64,000 nt of DNA from Eledone cirrhosa (taxonomy: Eukaryota). The stretch spans positions 8,990,001 to 9,054,000 of the forward strand of contig OZ024761.1 in NCBI GenBank assembly GCA_964016885.1. Reading direction: 5' to 3'. The translations under genes and the position numbers were made by a program. Shown here one piece after another: positions 51,653 through 64,000 of this stretch. How positions within the stretch are numbered: the first letter of the stretch is position 1; each line of letters opens with the position of its first letter. The notes under the pieces were generated by a model. The model was given only the letters and a program-made list of their open reading frames with translations. It had not been told where the DNA came from and made no database searches.

Positions 51653-52324
51653 TAGTTGTTTGTTAGGAATATAAAATAGGTTTAGTTTTGTGAAGAGTGT
51701 TTATACATAGATAATATAGCTAAATGTAGTAAGGAGTTTAGAGAGCTCCATACATGGCAAAGATATGAAGCTACCATGTTTCGTTAGATAAAATATAACC
51801 GTATGGTTTATTTTCTCAAGAGATAAATGTAGCTCTGTATATAGTCTGAGAGAGAAGGTGGTAAGGAGTTTAGAGAGCTCCATACACGACATGTGGCTAC
51901 CATGTTTCGTTAGATAATAAAATACAGCCGTATGGTTTATTTTCTCAATGGAAGTATGTATATAGTCTCTGAGGGTTTATACACCATTTATATATAAATG
52001 TAACTTTATTGTTCCACTATAAACAAAAGTGTATAGTGTTGAGAAGACTTCGTTAGATAATAAAATGTAGCTCTGGTAATATGTATATAAGTGTAACTTT
52101 ATTCTGCCAGTATATAATGTAGTTTCATGTGTACATGAAAGATAGGCGTATGTTTAAATTGAATTTACCGCCTTATTCAGAGGATATATATATTTACAAA
52201 TGTAGCTTTGTGTGTGTATGTATGTTTCCAAAAAGAAAAAGTGTCTTCTTGTATATAGAAAAACGTATTCTTATATCTCAATAATATGTGTGTTAGAATT
52301 AATTAATGGAAAATAAAACATTAC

Positions 52325-52678
52325 TTAGCTCTTTACACGAGGGTAAAATCCAGAGTGGTGTTGTCAATAGTCCGAGTGTAAATCAAATGATGTTAACGCT
52401 TCGCCACACGAAAGAGAAATGACGACAGAGAAAGAAGAGTTCCAGAAAGGGGAAGTAATTCGACAAATAATTCAATTAAGGGGGAGATAACTCTAATTGA
52501 ATTTTTAGTAAAAACTCATGCGAGGGGGACGCAGGCCAGCATAAAGCCAGCCTGCTAATAGTCCCGGCCGACCCCGCAACGATTCGAACTTCAGACGCGA
52601 TAGAGTGGTCATGCCATACCGAAGTACGACAGCGAAGCCAGAAACGCTACGTGCAGCGCCACGCACAAGCCGCAATTC
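52325..52678 (-). promoter_or_regulatory. Mirror CpG-rich promoter-like module
   Basis: Essentially identical reverse complement of 45095-45448. Confidence 0.45.
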
Positions 52679-52734
52679 TACTGAGTCAAATAGTCATACT
52701 TATAGCTAAAGTTTTCTTTCTTTTTTAAAAAAAA

Positions 52735-52796
52735 AAACGGAAAGACAGCGAGATAACACGATATATTCCGAGTGTTATCTCGCTGTCTTTCCGTTT
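52735..52796. other. Mirror perfect 25-bp hairpin
   Basis: Reverse complement of 44977-45038. Confidence 0.9.
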
Positions 52797-53762
52797 CTAT
52801 ATATAAATATAATAGGATATATAGCCATTGAAGAACTACTAGTATTTTGTACATATATAACAGGATATATTCGAATAGAAATCGAGGAATATGTAACCAA
52901 AGAATCGATAGTTGACTTATATACGGAGTCAATAGTTTGATGATTTTCACCAAATTCTACGTAAATAAAGTGTGTGTATTTAGCATTTAAACTGGCCAGA
53001 AACCTCTCACTGGCTATACCGGCGACTCATACTGATGTTAAGTTATCAGATCTCATAGATTCGGTACTATGTGAGGTAAAGCCTTTACCGTCAAAATACA
53101 ATAGTATATATATATAGAGTAATGTAAATTTTATGTGAGATAAAGCCTTTACCGTCAAAATATAAGAGTATATATAGAAAGTAATGTGAGATAAAGCCTT
53201 TACCGTCAAAATATAATAGTATATATAGAGAGTAATGTGAGATAAAGCCTTTACCGTGAAAATATAATAGTATATATAGAGAGTAATGTGAGATAAAGCC
53301 TTTACCGTCAAAATATAATAGTATATATAGAGAGTAATGTGAGATAAAGCCTTTACCGTGAAAATATAATAGTATATATAGAGTAATGTACACGCTAAAG
53401 GGTTATATACATCTAGGCTGACGTCAACTGAAATAACAAGACAATCGAAATGGAAACAGAATTTTTTAATTCATGGTTATGGAGGTGAAGGGTCTGATTT
53501 TCAGGTGTTTATGGAATGTGTCACAGTTGGTTGACATGATTTTCAGGTTATTGGATGTGTGGCAATTGGTTGAGGTGATCATAAGGGTGAAGGGGCTGCT
53601 TTTCAGGTGTTTATGGAATGTGTCACAGTTGTTTGACATGATTTTCAAGTTATTATTGGTTGAGGTGATCATAGAGGTGAAGGGGCTGCTTTTCAGGTGA
53701 TTATGGAATGTGTTGACGTGATTTTCAGGTAATTATGGAGGTGTGAAGGTTGATCAAGGTAA

Positions 53763-54200
53763 TTATGGAGTCATACTTTGAAGCTGCTGTTGTCGTACCA
53801 GTTCTTTGTTCTCGTATTTTGCCTTCAATCGATCCAAGTCAGTGATGAGAGAGTAAGTGTTGTCCAACAGCTCACTAGTCGACAGTGTGCTGTTCGTCGT
53901 CGCTCTCGAAGAGTGAGGGGTTGATGGTGTGACAACAGAACAAGTTGCTACAGCATTGGTAACACGACGCAGAAATGAGCTTGAAGACTTCTTCTCCGAG
54001 TATGACTTGGAGTTCAACAATCCAGGTTGATGTTGCAGTGATTTCCGTTCTCTCGAGGAGTCCTTCTTATGACATCTTCCCCCACTGGCAGCGGTGGGAA
54101 TCTGATAGTTTGTTGGTGTTTGAGTTAGCTGTTGATAGCGGCCTCTTGTTTGAAACAGTGATGTGGTCATGGATGCCAAATGTTCTGCTTCTTCCATCAT
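53763..54200 (-). CDS. MIIP: MIIP-like copy B exon 8
   Basis: 145-aa ORF with 5 aa differences from copy A; acceptor retained. Confidence 0.7.
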   Translation of the reverse strand: MMEEAEHLASMTTSLFQTRGRYQQLTQTPTNYQIPTAASGGRCHKKDSSRERKSLQHQPGLLNSKSYSEKKSSSSFLRRVTNAVATCSVVTPSTPHSSRATTNSTLSTSELLDNTYSLITDLDRLKAKYENKELVRQQQLQSMTP

Positions 54201-54930
54201 CTGAAAGTAAAATTATTTGTAAATCGAATTAGAAGTTGGTGTATTTTTTACTAAATAAAAGATGGGTCTCAGTTCATATACACCGATATCCATCTTTTCC
54301 CCATCCAGTGGGCTTATCCAACCTGTTGTTAAACTATTTTATTTAGTCAAAATCTTCAAATTCTGCTCTGCTTTCTAAACACACAAACATGATTTTTCTT
54401 TTTTTAATTTCCATAAACGGGAAAAAATTAATTGTTATGATTGTAAAATAATATGATAACAGACATCATAAACTGCAATTTGGGAGAGGTAAAACCTGAC
54501 ATTCTGGCCAGACTTTCAATTTGGGAGAGGTAAGACCTGACATTCTGATAGGGCTATCAGTTTGGGAGAGGTAAGACATGGGACTATCAATTTTGGAGAG
54601 GTAAGACCTGACATTCTGGTAGGACTATTAATTTGGGAGAGGTAAGACCTGGCATTCTCATGGGACTATCAATCTGGTAAAGAGCCGATACTCTGATGGG
54701 ACTCTATCTAAATCTATGGCATTTTCCAGGTCCCCACAGTAGTAATTACATTACAAAACTCCAGCCATTACATCAATGAAAATTAGACGACTATACTTCG
54801 GACAACATGGGTGCCAAATTTTCAGGAAGTTCATAAGGGGCTGATGTTGTTGTTGTGGTTGTGGTGGTCCACATCTTGTCTTGCCTTGAATATTGTTCCC
54901 CACCTGCCCGCCCAACTTACCCAAACTTAC

Positions 54931-55032
54931 CAGTGTTTCCTTGGTTCTGCCTCCTGAAGCATGTTTGATGCTGATGTTGGAAGATGTGAACTGTTTGCCA
55001 TGTTGGGTGTTATCCCATCCCATTACACAGTG
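54931..55032 (-). CDS. MIIP: MIIP-like copy B exon 7
   Basis: HCVMGWDN...KETL, splice sites retained. Confidence 0.85.
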
Positions 55033-55378
55033 CTGCCAGCAGGAAGAGCAGGGGCAGGAGAAGAAGAAAGAAAGAAAAATGGTTGAAACAATTGTCACTG
55101 GATTAATGGATGACAACATATAGAAAGGTGAGAGATAGAGATAGATGAATACAGAGAAAGTTAGATGGATACTGAGATAGATAGAGGGATATATATATAG
55201 AGAGAGAGATGGAGGGATAGAGAGAGAGAGGAATATATATATAGAGAGAGTTAGACAGATATATATATATATATAAAGAGAGATGGAGGGATATAGAGAT
55301 AGATAGAGGGGTATATATGGATATAGATGGATGTAGAGTTGGAAATGGACAGAAGCAATAGTCATCATCTCACATTAA

Positions 55379-56633
55379 CCCTATAGCATTCACATTACTC
55401 TATATTTACTTTTGTATTTTCAAGGTAAAGGCTTTATTTCACATAATATCGAATCAAAGAGATTTTGATAACAATACCTTAACATCAGTATGAGTGGCCA
55501 GTTACAGCTGGTTTGGACAGAAAGAGGTGAGAGAATTCTGGCCAGATACAGCTGGTTTGAACAGAAAGAGGTGAGAGAATTCTGGCTGGATGCAACTGGT
55601 TTGAACAGAAAGAGGTGAGTGTGAGAGAATTCTGGCCAGACACAACTGGTTTGAACAGAAAGAGGTGAGATAATTCTGGCCAGATACAACTGGTTTGAAC
55701 AGAAAGAGGTGAGATAATTCTGGCCAGACACAACTGGTTTGAACAGAAAGAGGTGAGATAATTCTGGCCGGATACAGCTGGTTTGAACAGAAAGAGGTGA
55801 GATAATTCTGGCCGGATACAACTGGTTTGAACAGAAAGAGGTGAGAGAATTCTGGCCAGATACAACTGGTTTGAACAGAAAGAGGTGAGATAATTCTGGC
55901 CAGATACAACTGGTTTAAGCAGAAAGAGGTGAGATAATTCTGGCCAGTTATGACTGGTTTAAGCAGAAAGAGGTGAGATCATTCTGGCCAGATACAGCTG
56001 GTTTGTACAGAAAGAGGTGAGATAATTCTGGCCGGATACAGCTGGTTTGAACAGAAAGAGGTGAGATAATTCTGGCCAGATACAACTGGTTTGAACAGAA
56101 AGAGGTGAGATAATTCTGGCCAGATACAACTGGTTTGAACAGAAAGAGGTGAGATAATTCTGGCCAGATACAACTGGTTTGAACAGAAAGAGGTGAGAGA
56201 ATTCTGGCCAGATACAACTGGTTTGAACAGAAAGAGGTGAGATAATTCTGGCCAGATACAACTGGTTTGAACAGAAAGAGGTGAGATAATTCTGGCCAGA
56301 TACAACTGGTTTGAACAGAAAGAGGTGAGAGAATTCTGGCCGGATACAACTGGTTTAAGCAGAAAGATGCGAGATAATTCTGGCCAGATACAACTGGTTT
56401 GAACAGAAAGAGGTGAGATAATTCTGGCCAGATACAACTGGTTTGAACAGAAAGAGGTGAGAGAATTCTGGCCAGATACAACTGGTTTGAACAGAAAGAG
56501 GTGAGAGAATTCTGGCCAGATACAACTGGTTTGAACAGAAAGAGGTGAGAGAATTTTGGCTGGATACAACTGGTTTAAGCAGAAAGAGGTGAGAGAATTC
56601 TGGCCAGATACAACCAGTTTAAATGCTAAAGGG
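55379..56633. mobile_element. piggyBac-like MITE with a 44-bp array (~25 units), mirror of 41025-42843
   Basis: TTAA|CCCTATAGCATT...AATGCTAAAGGG|TTAA; 564 bp shorter than the arm A copy. Confidence 0.85.
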
Positions 56634-56696
56634 TTAAACAATTCCACTTAAACGTTCAAACAACCAAACATCGTCTTAAAATGTAAGAAGACAGAC

Positions 56697-56796
56697 CTTT
56701 CCAAGAGATAAACTCTCAGTGGGGTTACAGGTACCCACCCGAGGAGTTTTACTGACTTTGGGTTTTGTTACCAACAGATTCTGTGGCATCGTGATT
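56697..56796 (-). CDS. MIIP: MIIP-like copy B exon 6
   Basis: 100-nt reverse complement of 40862-40961 with splice sites. Confidence 0.75.
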
Positions 56797-56884
56797 CTAC
56801 AACAGACAAAATGAAACAATTAAAATAAAGTATCATCATCATCATCATTTAACGTCTATCTTCCACATTAGCATCAGTTAGACC

Positions 56885-58202
56885 TGTATGTGTTGCAGGT
56901 GTATGTGAGTGTGTGTATATGTGTATGTGTGTGTATATGAATATATGTATGTGTTGCAGGTGTATGTGAGTGTGTGCATATCAATATATGTATGTGTTGC
57001 AGGTGTATGTGAGTGTGTGTATATGAATATATGTATGTGTTGCAGGTGTATGTGAGTGTGTGCATATGCTTATAAGAATATATGTATGTGTGTGCATATG
57101 TGTATATGAATATATGTATGAGTGTGTGTATGTGTTGCAGGTGTATGTGAATGTGTGCATATGTGTATGTGTTGCAGGTGTATATGAGTGTGTGCATATG
57201 CGTGTATGTGTTGTGTGTGTCTGTATGTAATGTATATATGTGTTGTGTGTGTATGTCACTATGTATGTAGGTGCTGTGTGTGTATGTCACTATGTCAGTG
57301 TATGTATGTATGTGTTGTGTGTGCATGTATGTGTTGTGTATGTATGCATATGTGTATGTGTGTGTATATGAATATATGTATGAGTGTGTGTATGTGAATG
57401 TGTGCATATGTGTATGTGTTGCAGGTGTGTGTGCATATGTGTATAAGAATATATGTATGTGTTGCAGGTGTATGTGAGTGTGTGCATATGTGTATATGTA
57501 TGTGTGTGTATGTGTGTGTGTGCATATGTGTATATGAATATATGTATGTGTTGTATGTGAGTGCGTGTATGTGTGTGCATATGTGTATATGAATATATGT
57601 ATGTGTGTATATGTGAGTGCGTGTATGTGTTGCAGGTGCATATGTGTATATGAATATATGTATGTGAGTGCGTGTATGTGTGTGCATATGAATATATGTA
57701 TGTGAGTGTGTGTATGTGTTGTGTGTGTATGTCACTATATGTGTGTGTGTGTATTTGTGTATGTGTGCGTATGTCAGTGTATGTATGTAATGTATGTGAA
57801 TGTATGTATGTGTTGTCCATGTGTGTGTATTTGTGTATGTATGTGTTGTGTGTGTATGTCACTATATGTATGTGTATGTGTGTGTGTATGTCTGTATGTG
57901 TATGTATGTGTTGTGTGTGTATTTCAGTGTATGTATGTGTTGTGTGTGTATGTCTATGTGTGGGTGTATGTATGTATGCATATGTCACTATATGTGTGTG
58001 TGTATGTGCATGTGTGTGTATTTGTGTATATATGTGTGTGTGTATGTATGTGTTGTGTGTATATGTCACTATATGTATGTGTTGTGTGTATATGTCACTA
58101 TATGTATGTGTTGTGTGTATATGTATGTCACTATGTCAGTGTATGTGTTGTGTGTGTATGTATGTATGTATGTGTTGTGTATGTGTTGTGTGTGTATGTA
58201 TG
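56885..58202. repeat. Complex (TG/TA)-rich microsatellite
   Basis: Direct reading. Confidence 0.95.
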
Positions 58203-58224
58203 AACAAGAAATTTTCAGATTTAC

Positions 58225-58369
58225 CTGACATATCTTGGAGAAGTAAAGGTAGTTTTACTTTTAGCAATGTTGCTGCGATTGACTTTAGACGATTCTTTAG
58301 AAGTTAAGATCGACTTCTTCTTGATAGGCTCCGAAAATAACCGATTATTCACGTAAAATGACTTGATCT
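58225..58369 (-). CDS. MIIP: MIIP-like copy B exon 5
   Basis: 145 nt, peptide identical to copy A. Confidence 0.8.
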
Positions 58370-58529
58370 CTTTCAATGGAAAGAAAGAAAATGAAACAAA
58401 ACAATCAGACAAAAGATTCTTTACAATAATTGCCATACAGGGTGGTGCCCCAGCATGGCCTCAGCCGGATGGCTGGAACAGGTAAAAGAGTATATAAATA
58501 TATATACTGAAATATAAATCAAGGACCAT

Positions 58530-59075
58530 CTCTTCATCGCTTCAGTGGAATCTGTGCTGCTGTATGTGTCGATATGATGGAATTTTGGCTGCTATTTCTA
58601 GGAAAATCTAGCATCCCAACCATGAGATGGTTCACTCTTTGGCACCGTCGATGGATGGTTGGTTTGGTTGGTTTGGTGGATGGTGGAGTCTGTGCTTCTG
58701 TACAGGTCTGAGACTCACTCAGATGGTGGATGGGTGCTACACGAGAATGCTGAGGATGGCTCTGATTAATATCAGTATACACTGAGGATGAAGAACTCAG
58801 AGCTGTACAGGAGTCTCTCGAAAGTCAGCTCAAAAGTAACACAGAGGAGACTGAGGTTAGCTGGACATGCTCACCGACATCCAGAGTTGACATTGCACTC
58901 AGTGCTCCTGTGAGAGCCCCTACATGGACACACTAGAAGAGGGAGAACAAGGTTGACATATTGATACCCTAAGGACAGACACCTGTCTCTTGGAGATGCA
59001 GGACATAGCGGTGATGATGAAAGACAGAGACCACTGGAGAGAACTAATACATGGATCTCGGGAATTTTCCCCACC
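58530..59075 (+). mobile_element. RTE/RTE-X-like fragment (mirror of 38790-39300)
   Basis: Reverse complement with several indels. Confidence 0.7.
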
Positions 59076-59400
59076 CTAGAAAAAAAATGTAACCAAAAAT
59101 ACAATGGTAAAATGGGGGGTGGGGTTCAACTTATATGTATGTATGGTCATGTAACGCCTGATGGTGTTATTAGGGATGCTGTATTGACATATGGTATTTC
59201 TGAACTGTTGGAAACGAGCTCATAACTTAGAAGTTATGACAGATGGAAAAGAGTTCAAATACGTTAGGACGAGTTATCTCATCTGTGGCACTGGATGCAT
59301 ACATGTTAGGGTGAGCTATCTCGTCTATGGCACTGAAGGGGTTAAGTAATAAATTACTGGATTACGGCAAATATTAACAGAGAATAGAATTGATTCGGAG

Positions 59401-59858
59401 ATGGCATGCCTGATGCTGCATGGTAGTGAGCCATGGGCAGCAACTGTGGAGGATATGCGATGGCTGAAGAGAAACAAAGCAAGCACGCTCCGTTGGATGT
59501 GCTATGTTAATGTGCGTGAACGACCAAGCATGGACAAGTTGAGAAAGAAACTGGGTATAAGAGGGATAAGTTATGGTGTGCGGGAGAGAAGGCTGAGATG
59601 GTATGGACATGTGATGTGCATGGAGGATGACCGCTTGGTAAAGAAGTGCCAAGAAATCCCAGTAGACGGAAGATGCCGTAGAAGAAGACCACAAAGAACA
59701 TGGGCGGAAGTGGTGAGGTGAGAGCAGAGCTCAGATCACTGAAGCTCACGGAGATGACGAAGGACCGTGACAAGAGGAGAGATGCTGTGCTGAATAGGAT
59801 CCGTCCCACCCTTGTAAGCAAGGGAAAGCGGATGTAAAATGATGATGATGATGATGAT
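59401..59858 (+). mobile_element. RTE LINE 3' fragment (mirror)
   Basis: 106-aa translation identical to 38145-38465; (GAT)n tail. Confidence 0.85.
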
Positions 59859-59928
59859 GGCACACCATCCAGTGTCACTGCCACGACACACTGCCTCTAA
59901 ATCCTAAGAATATAAAGAGCTTACTCAC

Positions 59929-59990
59929 TTGATTCTGTGAGTATGTCTTGGATCAACTGAGGCTCCCGAGTTTCATCCACAAAGTTCTTC
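59929..59990 (-). CDS. MIIP: MIIP-like copy B exon 4
   Basis: 62 nt, splice sites retained. Confidence 0.75.
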
Positions 59991-60234
59991 CTTAAAAACA
60001 AGAGAAAGAGAAGAAAAGGAAGAGGAGTGAAAAGAGGTGAAAGAACTGACAGGAGTTTAATTATTTTTTTTAAATTAATTATCTTGAAGGTAATATAGTT
60101 GACAGTGGCTAACTGCCTGATCTACCTAGTCTAAAATATAGAGGCAAAACAGACATGAGACAATGATAATATATATAATTCATATTAGCAAAACATGGTC
60201 ATCTGACTGGTCTAGCCTCTGAATGTGACAGACG

Positions 60235-60770
60235 AAGAATACAGATGTAAAGTACAAATGTATGTAAAAGATGTAGAATACAGGTGTAGAGAACAGATGT
60301 AAAGTAGATATGTGCAGTAGAGGTGTAGAGAACAGATGTAAAGTAGATATGTACAGTAGAGGTGTAAAGTATAGATGTAGAGAATAGATGTAGAGAACAG
60401 ATGTAGAATACAGATGTATAGTAGTGGTGTAGGAGAGATGTACAGTACAGATATACAGTAGAGGTGTAGAGTATAGATGTACAGTAGAGGTGTAGATAAC
60501 AGATGTAAAGTAGAGGTGCAGAGAACAGATGTAATGTAGAGGTGTAGATAACAGATGTAAAGTACAGGTGTAGAGAACAGATGTAATGTAGAGGTGTAGA
60601 GAACAGATGTAATGTAGAGGTGTAGAGAACAGATGTAATGTAGAGGTGTAGAGAACAGATGTAATGTAGAGGTGTAGATAACAGATGTAAAGTAGAGGTG
60701 TAGAGAACAGATGTAATGTAGAGGTGTAGAGAACAGATGTAATGTAGAGGTGTAGAGAACAGATGTATAG
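60235..60770. repeat. ~26-bp minisatellite (mirror)
   Basis: aatgtagaggtgtagagaacagatgt units. Confidence 0.9.
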
Positions 60771-60881
60771 TAGAATATGATTGCAGGAATGTGCAATATT
60801 TGTAATAAAAAGGACAGAAACTACAATAATTGATTGCAGAAAATAATGTTGGAAAGTGTATCTCTTCCTGCTTCTACATAC

Positions 60882-61033
60882 ACTTGGTTGGCATCTGTTA
60901 ATGGTCTGGCTTGATATTCCTTCCAGAAAGTCTTGAGTTCTTCAAAATAATCATTGGACAATTGCATTGCTGAATGGTGCTCCTGGTTGTCAAGGATACC
61001 AGCTATCCAGTCGTATCCTAGCAACTTCTCTTT
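60882..61033 (-). CDS. MIIP: MIIP-like copy B exon 3
   Basis: 152 nt, LGYDWIAGILDN, identical peptide. Confidence 0.85.
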
Positions 61034-61371
61034 CTGAAAGACACAACATCAAAATGAGAGCGAGAAGGGGATAACCAAAATTAAAAAACAGACTGAGAGC
61101 CCATCACTCTCCCTCCTTGCCTTTCCCCTCCCTTTCTACTGAATTTGTTTCAGAGTTGTCCCCCCTACTGAGACGGAAGAGGGGGTTGATTATATCAACA
61201 CTACCACGACTGTTGCCACCCCACCGCCACTACTGCTACCACCACCACCACTACCACTATCATCACTTCTGCCACAACCATCACCACCACCACCACCACT
61301 ACCATCACCCCGCCACCACCACCACCACCCCACCACTACCATCATATAACATATACCAGTTCATTACTCAC

Positions 61372-61729
61372 CTGACTTTTGTGTCCAACTCTTGGCACTT
61401 CTCTCTTAACATTTTCTTTATTATTTCTAGAATGTCTGACAGAAGTACTGGCCGTTGTTTGGTTCCCCCTCTCGTTGAGTTGCCAACGATACTGTCGACC
61501 CCCTTTACGTACATGTGGGCTTTTTATAAAACCTCGTCCCACTTCAGGCTCTTGTCTTCCAGTAGCAACATCATCCTCATCATCATCAGCATCATCTTGC
61601 CAGCTTGCCTTTCCTTCAAAACCAGAGTTAGTTTGGTTGCTTTTGTTGTTGTCTCCAAATTTCCAGATGTCACAGCACTTATCAATCCTCACTTCGAAAT
61701 CATCATCATCATCACCAATGTCATCAGCA

Positions 61730-61760
<31 letters not shown>

Positions 61761-63313
61761 AAACGCCAGTTAATCTATCATGCCAAATGCCACCATCACC
61801 ATCATCCTCACCATCATGCCTAGGGCCAACACCATGCTCATCACCACCACCACCACAGCCATCATCATTATAAACATTAGTTAGTCCATCATTCCTAAGG
61901 CCAGCATCCTCATCACCACCACCACAACCATCATCATTATAAACATTAGTTAGTCCATCATTCCAATCATCATCATCATCATTATAAATGTTAGTTGAAC
62001 CCCCATGCCAAACGCTGGTGTGGTGATCAGATCTCAAAATTTTTAGGGGACTTCTTGGTTCATGTTCCTCTTTTTCTGCTAACCCCTTTGAGAATTTATC
62101 GTCCCTGGTAATGTGTAGAACAGAGCTATAAGGCTCTGGGGTCAATGGAGAATATTTCGCGCCCCTTGTGACATTCAGTGTTTTGTAACATGGTCCTTTA
62201 TTAGACATGGAAGGTCTTATTGTGTCTCGATGGTCATCACAAATGGATCGAGCAGTTTCCAAAGACAATCTGCTGGTGACAACATCATACTCATTGCCTC
62301 CACCACCACCACCATACTCATATCCATCACCGCCACCAACACCAACATCATACTCATTGCCTCCACCACCACCACCACCATATTCATAACCATCACCGCC
62401 ACCAACACCAACACCATACTCATTGCCTCCACCATACTCATAACCATCACCGCCACCAACATCATACTCATTGCCTCCACCACCACCACCACCATACTCA
62501 TAACCATCACCGCCACCAACACCAACACCATACTCATTGCCTCCAACACCGCCACCAACACCAACACCATACTCATTGCCTCCACCACCACCACCACCAT
62601 ACTCATAACCATCACCGCCACCAACATCATACTCATTGCCTCCACCACCACCACCACCACCATACTCATAACCATCACCGCCACCAACACCAACACCATA
62701 CGCATCGCCTCCAACACCACCACCACCAACACCATACTTACAAGCCCCACTGCGACCACCACCATACTTATAACCTCCACAGACACCATACTCTTCAACT
62801 CCTCCACTGCCACTTACATAAATATCACCACCACCACAACCATCATCATCATCAACATCATCATCATCATCACAAATCAATCCACTCTTGACCTTGCCCT
62901 TGCCAGTGGCTCTATCACTGACACAATCATCAATACACTTTGTCAGAATGTCCCAATCAGTGACACCATCCACACTATCTCTGGCATTTATAGAAGTTCT
63001 ACCACCGCCACAGCCATTACTAACACCATCAACACAACTAATGGAGCCAGTACTGACAAAACCTGTTTTGCTGACAGAAACTCCGTCATTCTCAGAACAT
63101 GGTCCTCCGTTATCACGCAAAAACTGCAAACCCTTCATTGGTGAAATTTCTGAAGGTTTCAGTGCTGGTTTGATTCTAGAGATATCCATCTTAGCTGCTG
63201 GCAATGTTGATGTCTGCACTGAGCTTTTGTCATGATACCTGGATGGTTTTAAATCCTCTAATCTTTCAGCCTGGTTGGAACTGGACAAACTGGAGCAGTC
63301 TTTGGAATGGTCT
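61372..63313 (-). CDS. MIIP: MIIP-like copy B exon 2 (1942 nt)
   Basis: Open frame, 105 nt (35 codons) shorter than copy A, acceptor and donor retained; exon 1 would lie beyond the window. Confidence 0.75.
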
Positions 63314-63422
63314 CTGAAGCAAGTAGAAAATAGAATATATATATATATATAAGTAGAAAACAGAATATATATATATATAAGTAGAAAACAGAATATATAT
63401 ATATATATATAAGTAGAAAACA

Positions 63423-63475
<53 letters not shown>

Positions 63476-63514
63476 TAGAAAACAGAATGATGATGATATA
63501 TATATATATGCGTA

Positions 63515-63860
63515 TGGAGGCACATGACTTAGTGGTTAGAGCATTGGCCTTGCAATCGAAAGGTTGTAAGTTCAATTCTCAGACCGTGTGATGTGTTGTT
63601 TCCTTGAGCAAGACACTTTATTTCACATTGCTCCAGTTTACTCAGCTGTAGAAATGAGATGATAGGGACTAGGGTCCCTATCATTCCACTGCAAAGTGGT
63701 CGTGGAGGTGCCACAGTAAAAAAGCACCCAGCACTCACTGTAAATGAGGTTGTTGTTAGGAAGGGCATCCAGCTGTAGAAATCAAGCCAGAACCAGTTCC
63801 CGTCCCACCCTTGCAGGCAGGGAAAAGTGGACGTAAAATGATGATGATGATGATGATGAT
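63515..63860 (+). mobile_element. Full-length tRNA-derived SINE (mirror of 33727-34075)
   Basis: A-box TGACTTAGTGG, B-box-like AAGTTCAATTC, (GAT)n tail. Confidence 0.85.
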
Positions 63861-64000
63861 ATATATATCTGTCAGAACGACCGGATTTCAGCCGTTGGGC
63901 TCCTGAATCTTTTCATATATTATGTATAGATGTATAGGAAATGAGCTCCGGCCATTACAACAGCTAGATTCGAATGTAGCTGTCGAAGCGGCCGGACCTC

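Larger units (their letters stand above)
50595..64000 (-). repeat. Arm B of the inverted duplication (runs off the window end)
   Basis: Base 64000 corresponds to ~33577; 44977 pairs with 52796. Confidence 0.95.

Noticed and set aside
44820-52953. Short ORFs in the palindrome core (e.g. 44820-45095, 46685-47002, 48022-48288)
   Set aside because: Composition mirrors AT-rich DNA, with no recognisable motifs or consistent splice structure; identity between arms reflects the duplication

Overview
Eukaryotic, AT-rich, repeat-dense animal DNA. The SINE, RTE and MITE repertoire looks cephalopod (Octopus-like), which is an inference. The only supported protein gene is an MIIP (migration and invasion inhibitory protein)-like gene that I assembled by hand from 8 phase-compatible GT-AG exons (6165-44210, +, 1052 aa). 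Its 28-kb first intron is filled by a ~24.4-kb 40-bp satellite with nested higher-order periods (720, 2864, 6104 bp). Its large exon 2 carries a Gly/Tyr-rich repeat. From ~33.6 kb to the window end the sequence is a giant inverted duplication: arm A ~33577-47365, spacer ~3.2 kb, arm B ~50595-64000. This places a second intact copy (exons 2-8, - strand) tail-to-tail with the first. Between the two 3' ends lie mirrored perfect 25-bp hairpins and two inward-facing CpG-rich promoter-like modules, pointing into a non-coding centre whose motifs switch polarity near 48.8 kb. The rest is SINEs, CR1/RTE LINE ends, piggyBac- and mariner-type MITEs (some seeding tandem arrays) and microsatellites. Most ORFs in the supplied track are repeat artefacts.
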